Shown here in pieces: positions 20,354 to 31,391 of a DNA stretch of 64,000 nucleotides. The position numbers and the translations under genes are program-made. The stretch is taken from contig CAVPQB010000006.1 of NCBI GenBank assembly GCA_963707505.1, positions 512,001-576,000 of the forward strand, in the 5' to 3' direction. Below the pieces are notes generated by a model that searched no databases, was not told the DNA's origin, and was given only the letters and a program-made list of their open reading frames with translations. Within the stretch, counting starts at the first letter, position 1, and each line of letters begins with the position of its first letter. This DNA comes from an uncultured Gemmatimonadales bacterium (GTDB lineage Bacteria; Gemmatimonadota; Gemmatimonadetes; Gemmatimonadales; Gemmatimonadaceae).

Positions 20354-20396
20354 TCATTCCGAGCCGGTTTCTCGCGATCACTTCACACATACCCAT

Positions 20397-20927
20397 ATGC
20401 CGCCGCTAACCTGGCCGTACACTCATCTCCTGATCAATCACTTTCCTATCGTCCTGGTGACCATGGCACTGGTTGCTGCGCTCGGCGGTCTGTTGCTGCG
20501 ACGTCGCGGCCTGTGGCTTTACGCGATGGGGACACTTACGGTCGCCGGGTTGTCCATATATCCGGTGCATTTCAGCGGGGATCAGGCGGACCACACGCTA
20601 CACGATCCGTGGTACATCGCTCGTGGCGCAATCGACGCGCACGACAACGCGGCCGGAATCGCCATGACTATCATTCTGATTGCGGGCGTGGTAGCTGCAT
20701 ACGGATGGTGGCGCGCTCTGCATCGGCGCGATGAAGTCATCCCTGTGTGGATCCGCACATTGGTACTTGCGGGTGCACTCGCAGGTTTCGCGTCGGTAGC
20801 GTACACGTCGTATCTCGGAGGCAAGATAATCCACGACGCTCCCATACTCACGTTACCGACAGCTCCCGCAAACCTTCCGCCAGGTATCGCCACTCCACCA
20901 CGCGCGCCCGGTCACGGAAGCAACTGA
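20397..20927 (+). CDS. DUF2231-like membrane protein
   Basis: HLLINHFPIV, SG..A, H in TM3, YLGGKIIH pattern. Confidence 0.6.
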   Translation: MPPLTWPYTHLLINHFPIVLVTMALVAALGGLLLRRRGLWLYAMGTLTVAGLSIYPVHFSGDQADHTLHDPWYIARGAIDAHDNAAGIAMTIILIAGVVAAYGWWRALHRRDEVIPVWIRTLVLAGALAGFASVAYTSYLGGKIIHDAPILTLPTAPANLPPGIATPPRAPGHGSN

Positions 20928-20959
20928 CACAGTCACCCTGATTTAGAAGTCTGGCGGCG

Positions 20960-21460
20960 TCAGACGCCGCGCGCGAGGCGCACGGCCGCGATTACGATGA
21001 TGATACCGAGCACGGCGTTCGCGCGTGCGAGATGCGAAGCGTGGCGCCGGAATACAATCGCGCGTGGCGAGCCTGGTTTCTGGCGGCCGGCCGCTGGCCC
21101 CAAGATGAAGTCATGGATGGCGCTCACCGCGACCATCGCGGTGACGGCGATGAGCTTGCATGCGAGCGAGTGCCCAACGCCACTGTGCCAGAACGCCGAT
21201 GAAGCCCACACGTCATCCCACTGGAGCCAGCCGCGGTAATACAGATTGATCACGCCGGTGACGATGAGAATTGCGATCGCAGTCCAGCCGGCGGTGCGGA
21301 ATCTCAGTCCCATTTCCCGAAACAGACGCTGTCGCAGCTCTGGAGGCTCGACAGATCGCAGGAGCGGAGCGCCAATAACGGCGAGGAAGAACATGCCACC
21401 GAGCCAGAAGAGAGCGGTAAGTACGTGGATCGTTACGACGGCGTAGTATGTTGCCGACAT
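20960..21460 (-). CDS. CopD/DUF4149-like membrane protein
   Basis: IHVLTALFWLGGMFF, LIVTGVINL, KL..V, HDF.LGP. Confidence 0.7.
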   Translation of the reverse strand: MSATYYAVVTIHVLTALFWLGGMFFLAVIGAPLLRSVEPPELRQRLFREMGLRFRTAGWTAIAILIVTGVINLYYRGWLQWDDVWASSAFWHSGVGHSLACKLIAVTAMVAVSAIHDFILGPAAGRQKPGSPRAIVFRRHASHLARANAVLGIIIVIAAVRLARGV

Positions 21461-21527
21461 GTTATGGATGCGTGTCGCGGGACGATTTTACGTTGCTCAG
21501 GTATGCCATGCAAGATCACACGACACC

Positions 21528-22319
21528 TTACCGAGGCGCAGTGACGTTTGTCACACTTCCGGCGTTGCACGAGGGTCCTGGCGCGACATACGAATCCATT
21601 GTCAGCACGAACGAACCCATGCCGGGAACGGAGCTCTCGATCCGGACAGGGAGGCGGCACCTGTCGTCACTCAGAAATACGCGAATGATTCCGTCACCGC
21701 GGTAGCGTCGCGGGTCATGCACGTGCATTTCCATCAGCGTCGTCACGAAAATACCGGATGATGTCTCGATCGCGCCGCCCGGTGATTCGTGGACTGTGAC
21801 CGGATTGCGGGTCGCGTCGAAGTGGCTGCTGAATTCGTAAAGCGTATCCTTGCCCGGTGGAAGCGTCCGGAGAAAGTAGATGAACGAGAGCTCATCCAGC
21901 GAAGTGCTGGTGATGCTCTCACCGGAACCGCCGTCGTCATCGGTCCAGCGGCGCTCGTCCGGGAGGATCTCCGTCCTGACGTTGCGAGAGCGAAAAAGGC
22001 GACGCTCCTGCTCATGGAAGCGAAGCGACCGGAACGTCGATGGATCCAGCCATGATTCCATTAGCTGAGTTCCCCTGAACGGGCCCATCCCAGCTCTCGT
22101 TTGAGACCGGAGCAGGTATGTCGATGTCCCGCGTACATCCACGGGTCCTTCGACCGACATGGTCGCACGACCGATCGTACCGACGCCACTGACGTTCACT
22201 CGGTAGGTGATTCTCTCACCGGGAGCAAACGGCAGTGGCGTCTGACCGCGAGCCGGCGCGCCGAGCGTAGAAACTATGAACGCTGCGGCGGCCGGTACGA
22301 TGGATTGCAGCCTGTTCAG
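21528..22319 (-). CDS. DUF3108-like secreted protein (probable CTG start)
   Basis: Frame open to CTG at 22319 gives a signal peptide plus PFAPGERITY; LDELSFIYFLR, LSDDRCRLPVRIES. Confidence 0.7.
   Translation of the reverse strand: MNRLQSIVPAAAAFIVSTLGAPARGQTPLPFAPGERITYRVNVSGVGTIGRATMSVEGPVDVRGTSTYLLRSQTRAGMGPFRGTQLMESWLDPSTFRSLRFHEQERRLFRSRNVRTEILPDERRWTDDDGGSGESITSTSLDELSFIYFLRTLPPGKDTLYEFSSHFDATRNPVTVHESPGGAIETSSGIFVTTLMEMHVHDPRRYRGDGIIRVFLSDDRCRLPVRIESSVPGMGSFVLTMDSYVAPGPSCNAGSVTNVTAPR
21541..21554. promoter_or_regulatory. Crp-type palindrome upstream of the CopD-like gene
   Basis: GTGACGTTTGTCAC; lies in the last codons of the upstream gene. Confidence 0.45.
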
Positions 22320-23662
22320 AACGATACCGTTCCTTCCACCATGAAACCCTTGATCTTTCCACCATTCCGGATGTCAGTAGTTGGGAAATCGTTGTAGTTC
22401 TGAACCATGTACTCGCCCTTTAGCAGAACTGTCGGAGTGACGAACCAGCCTCCACCAGCCTGTGTTCGGTTGACGTTCACGTCGGTAGGCATTCCGAGGA
22501 AGCTTCCCTTGACGTAGTTGTATCGGCCGCCGACGTACAGCTTGTCATCCATGAAGCGATACAGGCCCTCGCCGACATACTGGTGCCAGGTACGATCTAC
22601 AGACTCCGTGGCGCCTCGTCCTTTTGCCATCTCGGCGTTACCGAAGAATTCGAAGCCCTGATACTTGATGAACGGATTGACGACGACCGCGGTGACCTTG
22701 CTGCTCAGCTTGGGCTGAATCGCACCTGACCATGCGTTCGCGTCCTCGGTGGATGCGGTATTCTCCATCACGTCGTAGTAGCGCGATCCGGCACGATCGC
22801 CGCTGTACAGTGTGTTGTTCACCGAGCGCGATGTGCCGTAAACGGAGCCGGTCAATCTGAAGCGCAGATCGGGATTGACCTGGGTGTCGTAGCCGACCTT
22901 GCCAAGGAATGTTGGCGAGCGCTTCTGCGGTTGAGTAACCTGGCCGTGGACTTCGCCACCCGTAACACCTGCCATGGCCAGGAATCCGTTTGCGCGCACG
23001 TACGCCTCGCCACCGATCTCGGTGGTGAAGGCGTCCATTATGAAGTTGCCGACGAACGGGTTGTACATCGCAAGTCCATTGTCGGTTCTGCGATAGTGCT
23101 CATCGCCGTAGTCCACCTCGAAGTGCCCGACCTTCAACGTCAGGTATTTCATGATGGAATTGAGAACGTCCACATCGATGGGTGATGCGTCGACAAGCAG
23201 ATATCCGTCCTTTACCCAGGTGTCCTGGTGGTGGCGGGACGACAGGTAGGTGGTAACCTCCACACGCATTCCCTTTGCGAGCTGTGCGTTGAGATAGAGG
23301 TTTGCAACGGCGTTGTTGAAACCGTGTCCTATCTGAATGAGCTGGTTGGCGTTGACACCGTTCACCACATTGGGCGCTGCGGTGTTACTGTGCTCGAGCC
23401 CCTGAAATTGCTGCGTGAACGCCGCGCCGAGTCCAATCTTGAAATTGGTGAACGGAGTGGTGTCGTCCTTGGGTGGCTCGAAGACGTTGATGCCGCGCTG
23501 GTCACGCGGGCGCATGTGCTGGATCTCTATGAGTGGAAGCAGTGACGCGCTCGTGGTGCTATCAGCGGCGCGTGTGGCAGGCACGACGTCCTGGGCCGAG
23601 AGCGTTGGGGCAATCGCACCGATCATCGCTATGCCGATCGCGCTAAACAGGAACGGTTTCAT
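22316..23662 (-). CDS. Outer-membrane beta-barrel/porin-like protein
   Basis: Signal peptide, amphipathic beta-strand pattern, C-terminal GFMVEGTVSF ending in Phe. Confidence 0.7.
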   Translation of the reverse strand: MKPFLFSAIGIAMIGAIAPTLSAQDVVPATRAADSTTSASLLPLIEIQHMRPRDQRGINVFEPPKDDTTPFTNFKIGLGAAFTQQFQGLEHSNTAAPNVVNGVNANQLIQIGHGFNNAVANLYLNAQLAKGMRVEVTTYLSSRHHQDTWVKDGYLLVDASPIDVDVLNSIMKYLTLKVGHFEVDYGDEHYRRTDNGLAMYNPFVGNFIMDAFTTEIGGEAYVRANGFLAMAGVTGGEVHGQVTQPQKRSPTFLGKVGYDTQVNPDLRFRLTGSVYGTSRSVNNTLYSGDRAGSRYYDVMENTASTEDANAWSGAIQPKLSSKVTAVVVNPFIKYQGFEFFGNAEMAKGRGATESVDRTWHQYVGEGLYRFMDDKLYVGGRYNYVKGSFLGMPTDVNVNRTQAGGGWFVTPTVLLKGEYMVQNYNDFPTTDIRNGGKIKGFMVEGTVSF

Positions 23663-23707
23663 TTTCGATTTCCGTCAGGGAGTGAGATTGTATGTTTGAC
23701 GCGCGGG

Positions 23708-24403
23708 TTACTTGTGTGACTCCGGGAGCAACGGACGGACGCGCGATGTGTTCAGGGCAAGCTCTGATGAGAGCTCGGACATTGCGCCAGCAATCGCCGC
23801 TTGTGTTGCCTTCAACGTGAACTTCACCTTCAACTGGTCACCAACGCGAAGCGTCCCGAGCATGAACGTCGGCGGTTTGATACCGAAAGCGCTCATCTTG
23901 ATTCCCTGCTCGGAAGTCGCCGATACGACTCCATCGGATCCGCGCGCTGCGTCGATGGTCATTCGGATGGGATTTTCCTTACCGGCAATCGTGAGCTCTC
24001 CCTGTGTTGCAGCGCTGAATTTCGATGCCGCTGCACTCTCGGCGATCATGTCGTAACTCGTGAGCTTGTATATCACGTAAGGGAACTGAGTTGCATTCAG
24101 AGTCTTGTACATGTTGCCCTCGAGCTCGCCTCCGCACTTCAGGCTCTTCACTGGAATCACCACCTGCACATTCACAATAGGATGCGCGATGGTGTTCAGG
24201 TTTGCGGTTTGATATGATGGATCGACGTCTATGTATGCCTGCATGGTGCTTGTGGTGCAGGTGAACCCATGCAGCGTGGATGTGCCGTCGAAGCTGAGTT
24301 GACTGCCTGGAGCAAGCTGCAGACGTACTGCGCTTGCCTGTGCAGATAATGTGGTGCCAAGCAGCGCGATGGCCGCCGCTGTCAATACTGTCCGTGTGAT
24401 CAT
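23708..24403 (-). CDS. YceI-family lipid/isoprenoid-binding protein
   Basis: Signal peptide; FDGTSTLHGF, IPVKSLKCG, GELTIAG, MSAFGIKPP. Confidence 0.85.
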   Translation of the reverse strand: MITRTVLTAAAIALLGTTLSAQASAVRLQLAPGSQLSFDGTSTLHGFTCTTSTMQAYIDVDPSYQTANLNTIAHPIVNVQVVIPVKSLKCGGELEGNMYKTLNATQFPYVIYKLTSYDMIAESAAASKFSAATQGELTIAGKENPIRMTIDAARGSDGVVSATSEQGIKMSAFGIKPPTFMLGTLRVGDQLKVKFTLKATQAAIAGAMSELSSELALNTSRVRPLLPESHK

Positions 24404-24447
24404 GGCTCGTCCGTTCTGGTGTGAGTTTGTCCTGACTTCACGATCGA

Positions 24448-24603
24448 ACGATATGACCGAGAGCTATCCGTGTCTGTCAGTGCTTACCTGATTTGCGGTA
24501 GGGGTAATTCCGATACGCGGATCGTGGGCGTCCATGGTACTGGAATGCCCTACAATCATTCCGGGAACGGCCGACAGACGGTGGGTGCGCGCTGAAGCAG
24601 ATT
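24448..24603. promoter_or_regulatory. Divergent promoter with two pairs of phased boxes
   Basis: 24477-24491 TCAGTGCTTACCTGA, 24499-24513 TAGGGGTAATTCCGA, 24538-24552 TACTGGAATGCCCTA, 24560-24574 TCCGGGAACGGCCGA; -10 TATCGT (minus, 24453-24448) and CAGATT (plus, 24598-24603). Confidence 0.7.
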
Positions 24604-24630
24604 GCAGTATCACTCACTGGAGGTGCACAG

Positions 24631-25620
24631 ATGTCCAGCTCCGCTTTCTCCGCTGCCGCGACACCGGCGGAAGAATTCCACGGCATCACTCGTCGCGGGT
24701 TGCATCCGGCACTCGATGCTGTGTTTCCACTGTTGCTGGCAATCACCGATGACGAGCGCGCGGCGCCTGCCATCGGCATGACACGTGAGCTGGCGCGCAC
24801 TCACGGTGCGATTCCGACGGTGTTGCGCGCGCTTGGCAGAGATCACGAGACGGAAGTACTGATCCAGCCGTTCGCTGGTTACGTCGCAGAGGGCGCACTG
24901 AGCCCGGAGTATCGTGACGAATCCAGGGACATGTTGCAGAGACAGGTGACTGCCGTGGCTGGTGACGTGCGATGGCAGTTCGAAGTCGCCGATGAGCCGC
25001 CGGTGGAGGCGATCGTCAATCATGCGCGACAGTTGCGCGCCGGCCTGATCGTCATCGGACTGCGACGGCACGGCGTGATGCATCGCGTGGTCGTTGGGGA
25101 CTTGCTTCGATCCGTCGTCCGTCTGGCTGGCGTACCAGTACTTGCGGTTCGGCCGGATCTCGTTGCTCTGCCAAGGCGCGTCGTCGTCGCGATCGACTTC
25201 GGCGAGGCGAGCGTTCGCGCAGCGAGCATGGCACGACACATCCTTGCTGACGATGGCGAAATGCATCTCGTACACGTGGTAACCAACCCGACGCATCAGG
25301 ATTACTCGCCGACGGGCATGCCAGGAACCGGCACCTTCTCACGCGCGATGCGCGACCTGACATCCATGATCGATGATCTGAGGCCTGGGCCGGGGATGAC
25401 AATTGAGTCCCATGTGATCGAGGGCGAGAGAGAGGGGGCAATCGACGGCTTCGCCGAACGCGTTCGCGCCGATCTGCTCGCGGTCGGGAGTGATGAACAC
25501 CCGTTGCTCGACAGACTGGTAAACAGAAGCGTGTCGATGGGGCTTGCCAGAACGGCGCATCGGTCGATGCTCGTGGTTCCTGCCAAGTCCCACGATCACA
25601 ACCCGACGGGCGCTACGTAA
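24631..25620 (+). CDS. Tandem-domain universal stress protein
   Basis: AGLIVIG, VPVLAV, VVVAIDF, ADLLAVGS..SVS..MLVVP. Confidence 0.85.
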   Translation: MSSSAFSAAATPAEEFHGITRRGLHPALDAVFPLLLAITDDERAAPAIGMTRELARTHGAIPTVLRALGRDHETEVLIQPFAGYVAEGALSPEYRDESRDMLQRQVTAVAGDVRWQFEVADEPPVEAIVNHARQLRAGLIVIGLRRHGVMHRVVVGDLLRSVVRLAGVPVLAVRPDLVALPRRVVVAIDFGEASVRAASMARHILADDGEMHLVHVVTNPTHQDYSPTGMPGTGTFSRAMRDLTSMIDDLRPGPGMTIESHVIEGEREGAIDGFAERVRADLLAVGSDEHPLLDRLVNRSVSMGLARTAHRSMLVVPAKSHDHNPTGAT

Positions 25621-25636
25621 ACACGCTACGTAAACA
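25611..25636. repeat. 13-bp exact tandem duplication
   Basis: CGCTACGTAAACA twice, spanning the USP stop codon. Confidence 0.8.
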
Positions 25637-25654
25637 GCGTAAAAAGGAGGACCG

Positions 25655-26629
25655 ATGAGCACCACAGGAAAGGACTACATGGACGAGCTGGACGCGCTGG
25701 TCGAAGAGCCGTCAGCTGCACCGGAGGCTCTCACGGCATCCGGAGAGTTTGGCGTTCTCCTGGCGCTGACGGAGGACGAGCTTGCGGATTCAGCCGTCGC
25801 CGTCACGCGCGCGCTGAACGAGCGGCGTGGCGCCGGGCCTTCCGCGCTCTATGTCATCGAGGTCGGTACGTCGGTGCCGGAAGCGGCGATCGTCATCGTC
25901 TCGATCGAGGAGGATCTGCAGGATCCGCGAATACGTGAGCGGCAGACGTTGGAGATGCGAAAGACGCTGCACCTGGACCACGGTCCTGCAGCGGCGTGGC
26001 CGCTGACACTCGCAGTAGGCAATGTTGCGCGAGTCGTGGTCGAGCACGCCGAGCGGAGTGGTGCACGGATGGTTGTACTGGGATTGAATCGCCACGGCAC
26101 GGCCGGCCGTGTGATGGGCAAGGATACAGTCCGCGGCGTGATGGCGATCAGTAGTGTGCCGGTGCTGGCTGTACGTCCGGAACTGACGGACCTTCCAAAA
26201 CGGATCGTCGTGCCAGTCGACTTCAGCCGAGCCAGCATTCGCGCGGCGCACCTCGCGCGGCGCATCGTCGATGAACATGGAACGATTCATCTCGTGTTCG
26301 TAGAGCCCTCGACATCGCAGGCCAGGACGGAAAGCGACGAAGCGTTCGAGCTGATTCATGCGCGTGGAGTCGAGGCAGCGTTCAAGGAGCTAGCAGCGGA
26401 GCTCTGGCCATCGGTTGGCGTGACGATCGATACCGTGGTGCTTCGGGGAAGCCCCGTCGCAGAGATAACCCGCTTCGCCGCGGAATGCGATGCCGATCTC
26501 ATAGCCGTTGGAAGCCAGCGGCATCCATTTCTCGATCGATTACTACTCGGCAGCGTAGCCAAGGCTATCGCGGCAGATGCCAGATGGTCGGTTCTGGTGA
26601 CGCCGCCGGACCGGGCCGGCCGTCACTGA
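25655..26629 (+). CDS. Tandem-domain universal stress protein
   Basis: AGGAGG RBS; IVVPVDFS, ADLIAVGS, LLGSVA, SVLVTP. Confidence 0.85.
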   Translation: MSTTGKDYMDELDALVEEPSAAPEALTASGEFGVLLALTEDELADSAVAVTRALNERRGAGPSALYVIEVGTSVPEAAIVIVSIEEDLQDPRIRERQTLEMRKTLHLDHGPAAAWPLTLAVGNVARVVVEHAERSGARMVVLGLNRHGTAGRVMGKDTVRGVMAISSVPVLAVRPELTDLPKRIVVPVDFSRASIRAAHLARRIVDEHGTIHLVFVEPSTSQARTESDEAFELIHARGVEAAFKELAAELWPSVGVTIDTVVLRGSPVAEITRFAAECDADLIAVGSQRHPFLDRLLLGSVAKAIAADARWSVLVTPPDRAGRH

Positions 26630-26652
26630 TCGCAAAGCGCGGCGAGCAGATG

Positions 26653-27621
26653 CTATGGCTGCTCGCCGCGCTTTCGCCACCACCGCGCGATGCCGTCAAC
26701 ACTCATTCGATAGTTGCCGGCTTCCTCGTATCGGCGTAGCAGCGAAGGATCTCCGGTTCGGGTCAGGGTAGCGTCTTCCATTGCTCGCAGTGCGTCCGAC
26801 GCAGCGTCAGCCGCCTCGCCTGTGGCGAGCCGGCCGCCGACCCATCCGGCCCAGAACCACGTGCGCGAGAGCAGTTCGTCCAGATGCCACGCTACGTCGT
26901 CATAGCCGCCAAAGTGCGTGAGATACAGACGACGTGGCTCCAGAGCACGCAGAATGGCTACGCTCTTCTGCCACTTTTCGGGGGAAAATTCCGGTGGTGG
27001 TGTCGGAGGCCTCAAATGCATCGTGCCATCGAGTCGAACGCCGGCGACGTCACCCGTGAAGACAGAGCCAGTGTCAGGGTCGTGCAGCGCAAGATGGTGA
27101 TTCGCGTGTCCGGGAGTGTCGTATGCGCGCAGCGTACGCGCACCCGTGTGAAGATCGACGCGATCCTCGAGCACGCTGAGACGCTCCTCTGGTATCGGAA
27201 TCATCTCGCCCCAGAGCGGTCCCATCAGATCGCCGTAGATTCGCGTCGCACTCGCCATCAGTTTGGCTGGATCGATCATGTGCGGAGCGCCGACGGGATG
27301 TACGTACAGTCGTGCACGCGGCAACACGCGAAGCAGGGATCCGGCGCCGCCGGCGTGATCGAGGTGTATGTGTGTCACGACGACCCGTTCAATATTTTCT
27401 GGGTCGAAGCCAGCCTGGCGCACACCGGCAAGCAGAGTCTCGAGGGTGCTGGCGGGGCCGGTCTCGATCAGGGTTAGTGCATCGCCGTCAGCGACGAGAT
27501 ACGACGCGATGACGCCGGGCGAGCCGCGGAAGTGATGGTCTAGCAGGAATACACCAGGCTCGACCTCGCTCGCAAGACGGTTGGAGGATGGAGTGTGATC
27601 CACGGAATCTGTCATCTGCAT
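26653..27621 (-). CDS. MBL-fold metallo-hydrolase
   Basis: THIHLDHAGG, TPGHANHH, FTGD, THFG. Confidence 0.9.
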   Translation of the reverse strand: MQMTDSVDHTPSSNRLASEVEPGVFLLDHHFRGSPGVIASYLVADGDALTLIETGPASTLETLLAGVRQAGFDPENIERVVVTHIHLDHAGGAGSLLRVLPRARLYVHPVGAPHMIDPAKLMASATRIYGDLMGPLWGEMIPIPEERLSVLEDRVDLHTGARTLRAYDTPGHANHHLALHDPDTGSVFTGDVAGVRLDGTMHLRPPTPPPEFSPEKWQKSVAILRALEPRRLYLTHFGGYDDVAWHLDELLSRTWFWAGWVGGRLATGEAADAASDALRAMEDATLTRTGDPSLLRRYEEAGNYRMSVDGIARWWRKRGEQP

Positions 27622-27625
27622 GTGT

Positions 27626-28866
27626 TCAGTGCGGCTCCTTGCCAGTTACCACGCGCCAGGTATCGCGCGCTATGAGCAGCTCCTCGTCCGTCGGTATTAC
27701 CCAGAGCTGGATTCGTTCTCCCTCGCGGTCGAAGCGACCTTCCATACCGCGCTCGAGCGCCGAGTTGCGACTGGTATCGATCCGTATGCCGAGCCAGTCC
27801 ATTCCGGTACAGATACGCTCCCGGACAGCAGGGGAGTTCTCGCCGATGCCGCCTGCGAATACTATCGCGTCCGCACCGTTCATGGCGGCGAGATATGCAC
27901 CGATGTATTTCCGCGCCCTGTAACAGAAGACGTCTATCGCCAGTCGCGCGCGACGGTCACCATTCTCGTCGGCTTCTGCGAGAAGCTCGCGCATGTCGGC
28001 GGTGAGACCGGAAAGTCCAAGGAGACCCGACTGCTTGTTGAGCATTACGTCCATGTCGCGACTACTGAGTCCTTCCTTGGCGCCAACGTATTCGAGAATT
28101 GCCGGATCGATGTCTCCCGAGCGCGTTCCCATCACAAGTCCCTCGAGCGGGGTGAATCCCATCGACGTATCGATGGATTCTCCGTTCACGATCGCGCATG
28201 CAGACGCACCATTCCCAAGGTGCAGCGTGATGATGCGCGTCTGCTCGCGAGTCCTGCCGGTGAGCTGGCGATAGCGATATGCGACGTACCTGTGTGACGT
28301 CCCATGAAATCCATAACGTCGTACCCTGTATCGCCGGTAGAGCTGGTACGGAATGGCGTACAGGTGTGCGGTCTCCGGTATGGTCTGGTGAAACGCGGTG
28401 TCGAATACCGCAACCTGCGGCACGTTTTCACCGAGAACTTCGCGCGCGGCCGCAATACCGAGCAGATTGTGCGGATTGTGCAGCGGTGCGAGGTCGATGA
28501 GTCGCTCGAGGTCACTTCGGACGGCCGCGGTGACGAGAGTTGATCGTGTGAACTGCTCACCGCCGTGTACTACCCGGTGGCCGACGGCTTCGATGTCGGA
28601 TGGCGCAGTAATATCGACACCAGAATCAGCTCCAGCCATCCAGCCGATGACGCGCTCCACTGCCTCAGCATGATTGCGGATCTGGGCTGTGGTGTGCGAC
28701 GGCGGCGCTGATCCTACACCGAGAGTGAGGATTGCCTCGCCACCAATGCGCTCGATCTGACCCATGGCGAGCCGGCGGTCACGATTGCCGTCGATCGCGC
28801 CTGATCGGTATCGATGAGCTGAAACTTGAGCGACGACGATCCGACATTCAGGACCAGGATCTTCAT
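27626..28866 (-). CDS. ackA: Acetate kinase (apparent frameshift near 28800-28830)
   Basis: [14 protein letters not shown] from ATG 28866 in another frame; [35 protein letters not shown]. Confidence 0.92.
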
Positions 28867-31272
28867 GAGGCGGCGTGTCCGGTCCAACGCCAGTCGCGAA
28901 TCTCGGGCATGTCGTCGCCGTACTCATTGACATAGGCACGATGCTCGACAAGTCTGCGAGCGGAAGAGATCAGCTGCCACAGATGCAGCCGCGTGATTTC
29001 TGAGACGCGGTACACGTGCGATGACGTCCAGTGCCAGGTGGAATCGGTCCATCTCATTGAGTACTGTCATGTCGAACGGTGTCGTGGTCGTGCCCTCTTC
29101 CTTGTAACCGCGCACGTGCATGTTGTCGTGGTTTCTGCGGCGATACGTGAGACGGTGGATCAGCAGCGGATAGCCGTGAAATGCAAATACTACTGGCCTG
29201 TCTTTCGTGAACATCGCATCGAACTCATCATCCGGCAAGCCATGCGGATGCTCGCTGTCAGGCTGCAGAGCCATGAGGTCCACGACGTTGACCACACGCA
29301 TGCGGAGGTCGGGTATGTGAGTCCGCAGCAGATCCACGGCCGCAAGGATTTCGAGTGTCGGCACGTCGCCGCAGCATCCGAGCACCACGTCCGGGTCGGC
29401 GCCACCGTCATTGCACGCCCAGTGCCAGATGCCGAGCCCCTTGCTGCAGTGTGCCGCCGCTGCATCGATGTCCAGCCATTGCGGTTCAGGTTGTTTACCG
29501 GCAACAATCACGTTCACATAATTCCTGCTGCGCAGGCAGTGGTCCGCTACCGACAGCAGAGTATTCGCATCTGGCGGGAGATACACACGCACCACATCAG
29601 CCTTCTTGTTCACCACATGGTCCAGAAATCCGGGATCCTGGTGACTGTTGCCGTTGTGATCCTGTCGCCACACATGTGACGTAAGAAGGTAGTTGAGCGA
29701 TGCGATGGGCCGGCGCCACGGGATGTTGCGAGCAGTGGCGAGCCATTTCGCGTGCTGGTTGAACATCGAGTCCACGATATGAATGAACGCTTCGTAGCAG
29801 GAGAACAGGCCGTGCCTGCCGGTAAGCAGATATCCTTCCAGCCATCCCTCGCACATGTGCTCGCTCAGCACCTCCATCACCCTGCCATCGGGTGCGACGT
29901 GGTCATCACTCGGAAGTATTTCCGCCGTCGAGGTACGATCGGTGACCTCGAATAGTGCATCGAGTCTGTTGGAGCTTGTTTCATCCGGCCCCATGATTCG
30001 AAAATTGCTCGAGCTCATGTTGAGTCGCATCACATCCCGAAGGAAGTTGCCGAGTATGCGGGTGGATTCTGCGTCGACTGCGCCCGGCGCCGGTACGGCC
30101 ACCGCGTAGTCACGGAACGCCGGCATTGCGAGATCCTTGAGCAACAGCCCACCATTGGCATGAGGATTGGCACTCATGCGGCGTGTTTCTGTGGGCGCGA
30201 TGTTGGCGATCTCCGGAATGAGTGTGCCTTTCTCATCGAACAGTTCTTCAGGTCGGTAGCTCTTCATCCACTGCTCGAGCAATGCGACATGCCCGGGATT
30301 GTGTGCAAATCCGGTAATCGGTACCTGATGCGAGCGGAACGATCCCTCCGTCTGCTTTCCGTCGACGAACTTTGGACCGGTCCAGCCCTTGGGCGAACGG
30401 AGGACTATCATCGGCCATGGCACCCGATGCGTGAAGCCGTGCTCGCGCGCATCGTGCTGGATGCGCTTGATATCAGCCAGCACAGTATCCATGGTCGCCG
30501 CCATGAGCTGATGCATCACATGCGGGTCGTCGCCGGAGACGAAACGCGGATCGTAACCGTAGCCTTGCAACAGCGACGTAAGCTCGTCGTCGTCGATTCG
30601 CGCGAGAACCGTAGGGCCTGCGATCTTGTAACCGTTGAGGTGCAGAATCGGGATCACTGCGCCGTCGCGTGCGGGATCAAGAAACTTGTTGGAATGCCAG
30701 CTGGTCGCGAGCGCGCCCGTTTCCGCCTCACCGTCGCCGATTGCGCAGCAGACGAAGAGATCCGGATTGTCGAACACGGCTCCGTACGCATGGAGCAGTG
30801 AATATCCCAGCTCTCCGCCTTCGTGGATGGATCCAGGTGTTTCCGGAGCGACGTGACTGGGAATGCCTCCGGGGAAGGAGAACTGCTTGAACAACCGTTG
30901 GAGTCCGTCAGTATCGCGGCTTACCGCTGGATAGACCTCGCTGTACGTCCCCTCGAGATAGGTGTTGGCGACGACCCCAGGTCCGCCGTGGCCCGGACCA
31001 GCGACGAAGATCGCGTCGATGTCGTGCTTCCTGATCAGCCTGTTCATGTGCACGTACATGAAATTCAGTCCTGGAGTCGTACCCCAGTGGCCGAGCAGCC
31101 TGCGCTTGATGTGGTCGAGGCTCAGCGGTGCGCGCAGGAGAGGATTGGCGAGGAGATAGATCTGGCCTACCGAGAGGTAGTTCGCGGCGCGCCAGTATGC
31201 ATCGATCAACCCGAGTTCATCCGCGGAAAGTGGATTCCGGCTCGGCGTTTCATTCGCAATGACGGGCGTCAT
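28863..31272 (-). CDS. xfp: Xylulose-5-P/fructose-6-P phosphoketolase (apparent frameshift near 28960)
   Basis: [51 protein letters not shown]-terminus [12 protein letters not shown] in another frame. Confidence 0.95.
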
Positions 31273-31391
31273 GTCGATTGCTCCATGGAAATTGCAGGAT
31301 CAGGAGGATCCTGCCGGCCAGCCAGTAGCTGGCAGGGCGGAATACGCCGATGCAGCGAACGCGACATGCTGCGGGATTGGCGACATGCGCG

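Noticed and set aside
28800..28960. Programmed frameshifting in ackA/xfp
   Set aside because: No slippery site seen; two nearby indels are better explained by local sequence error.
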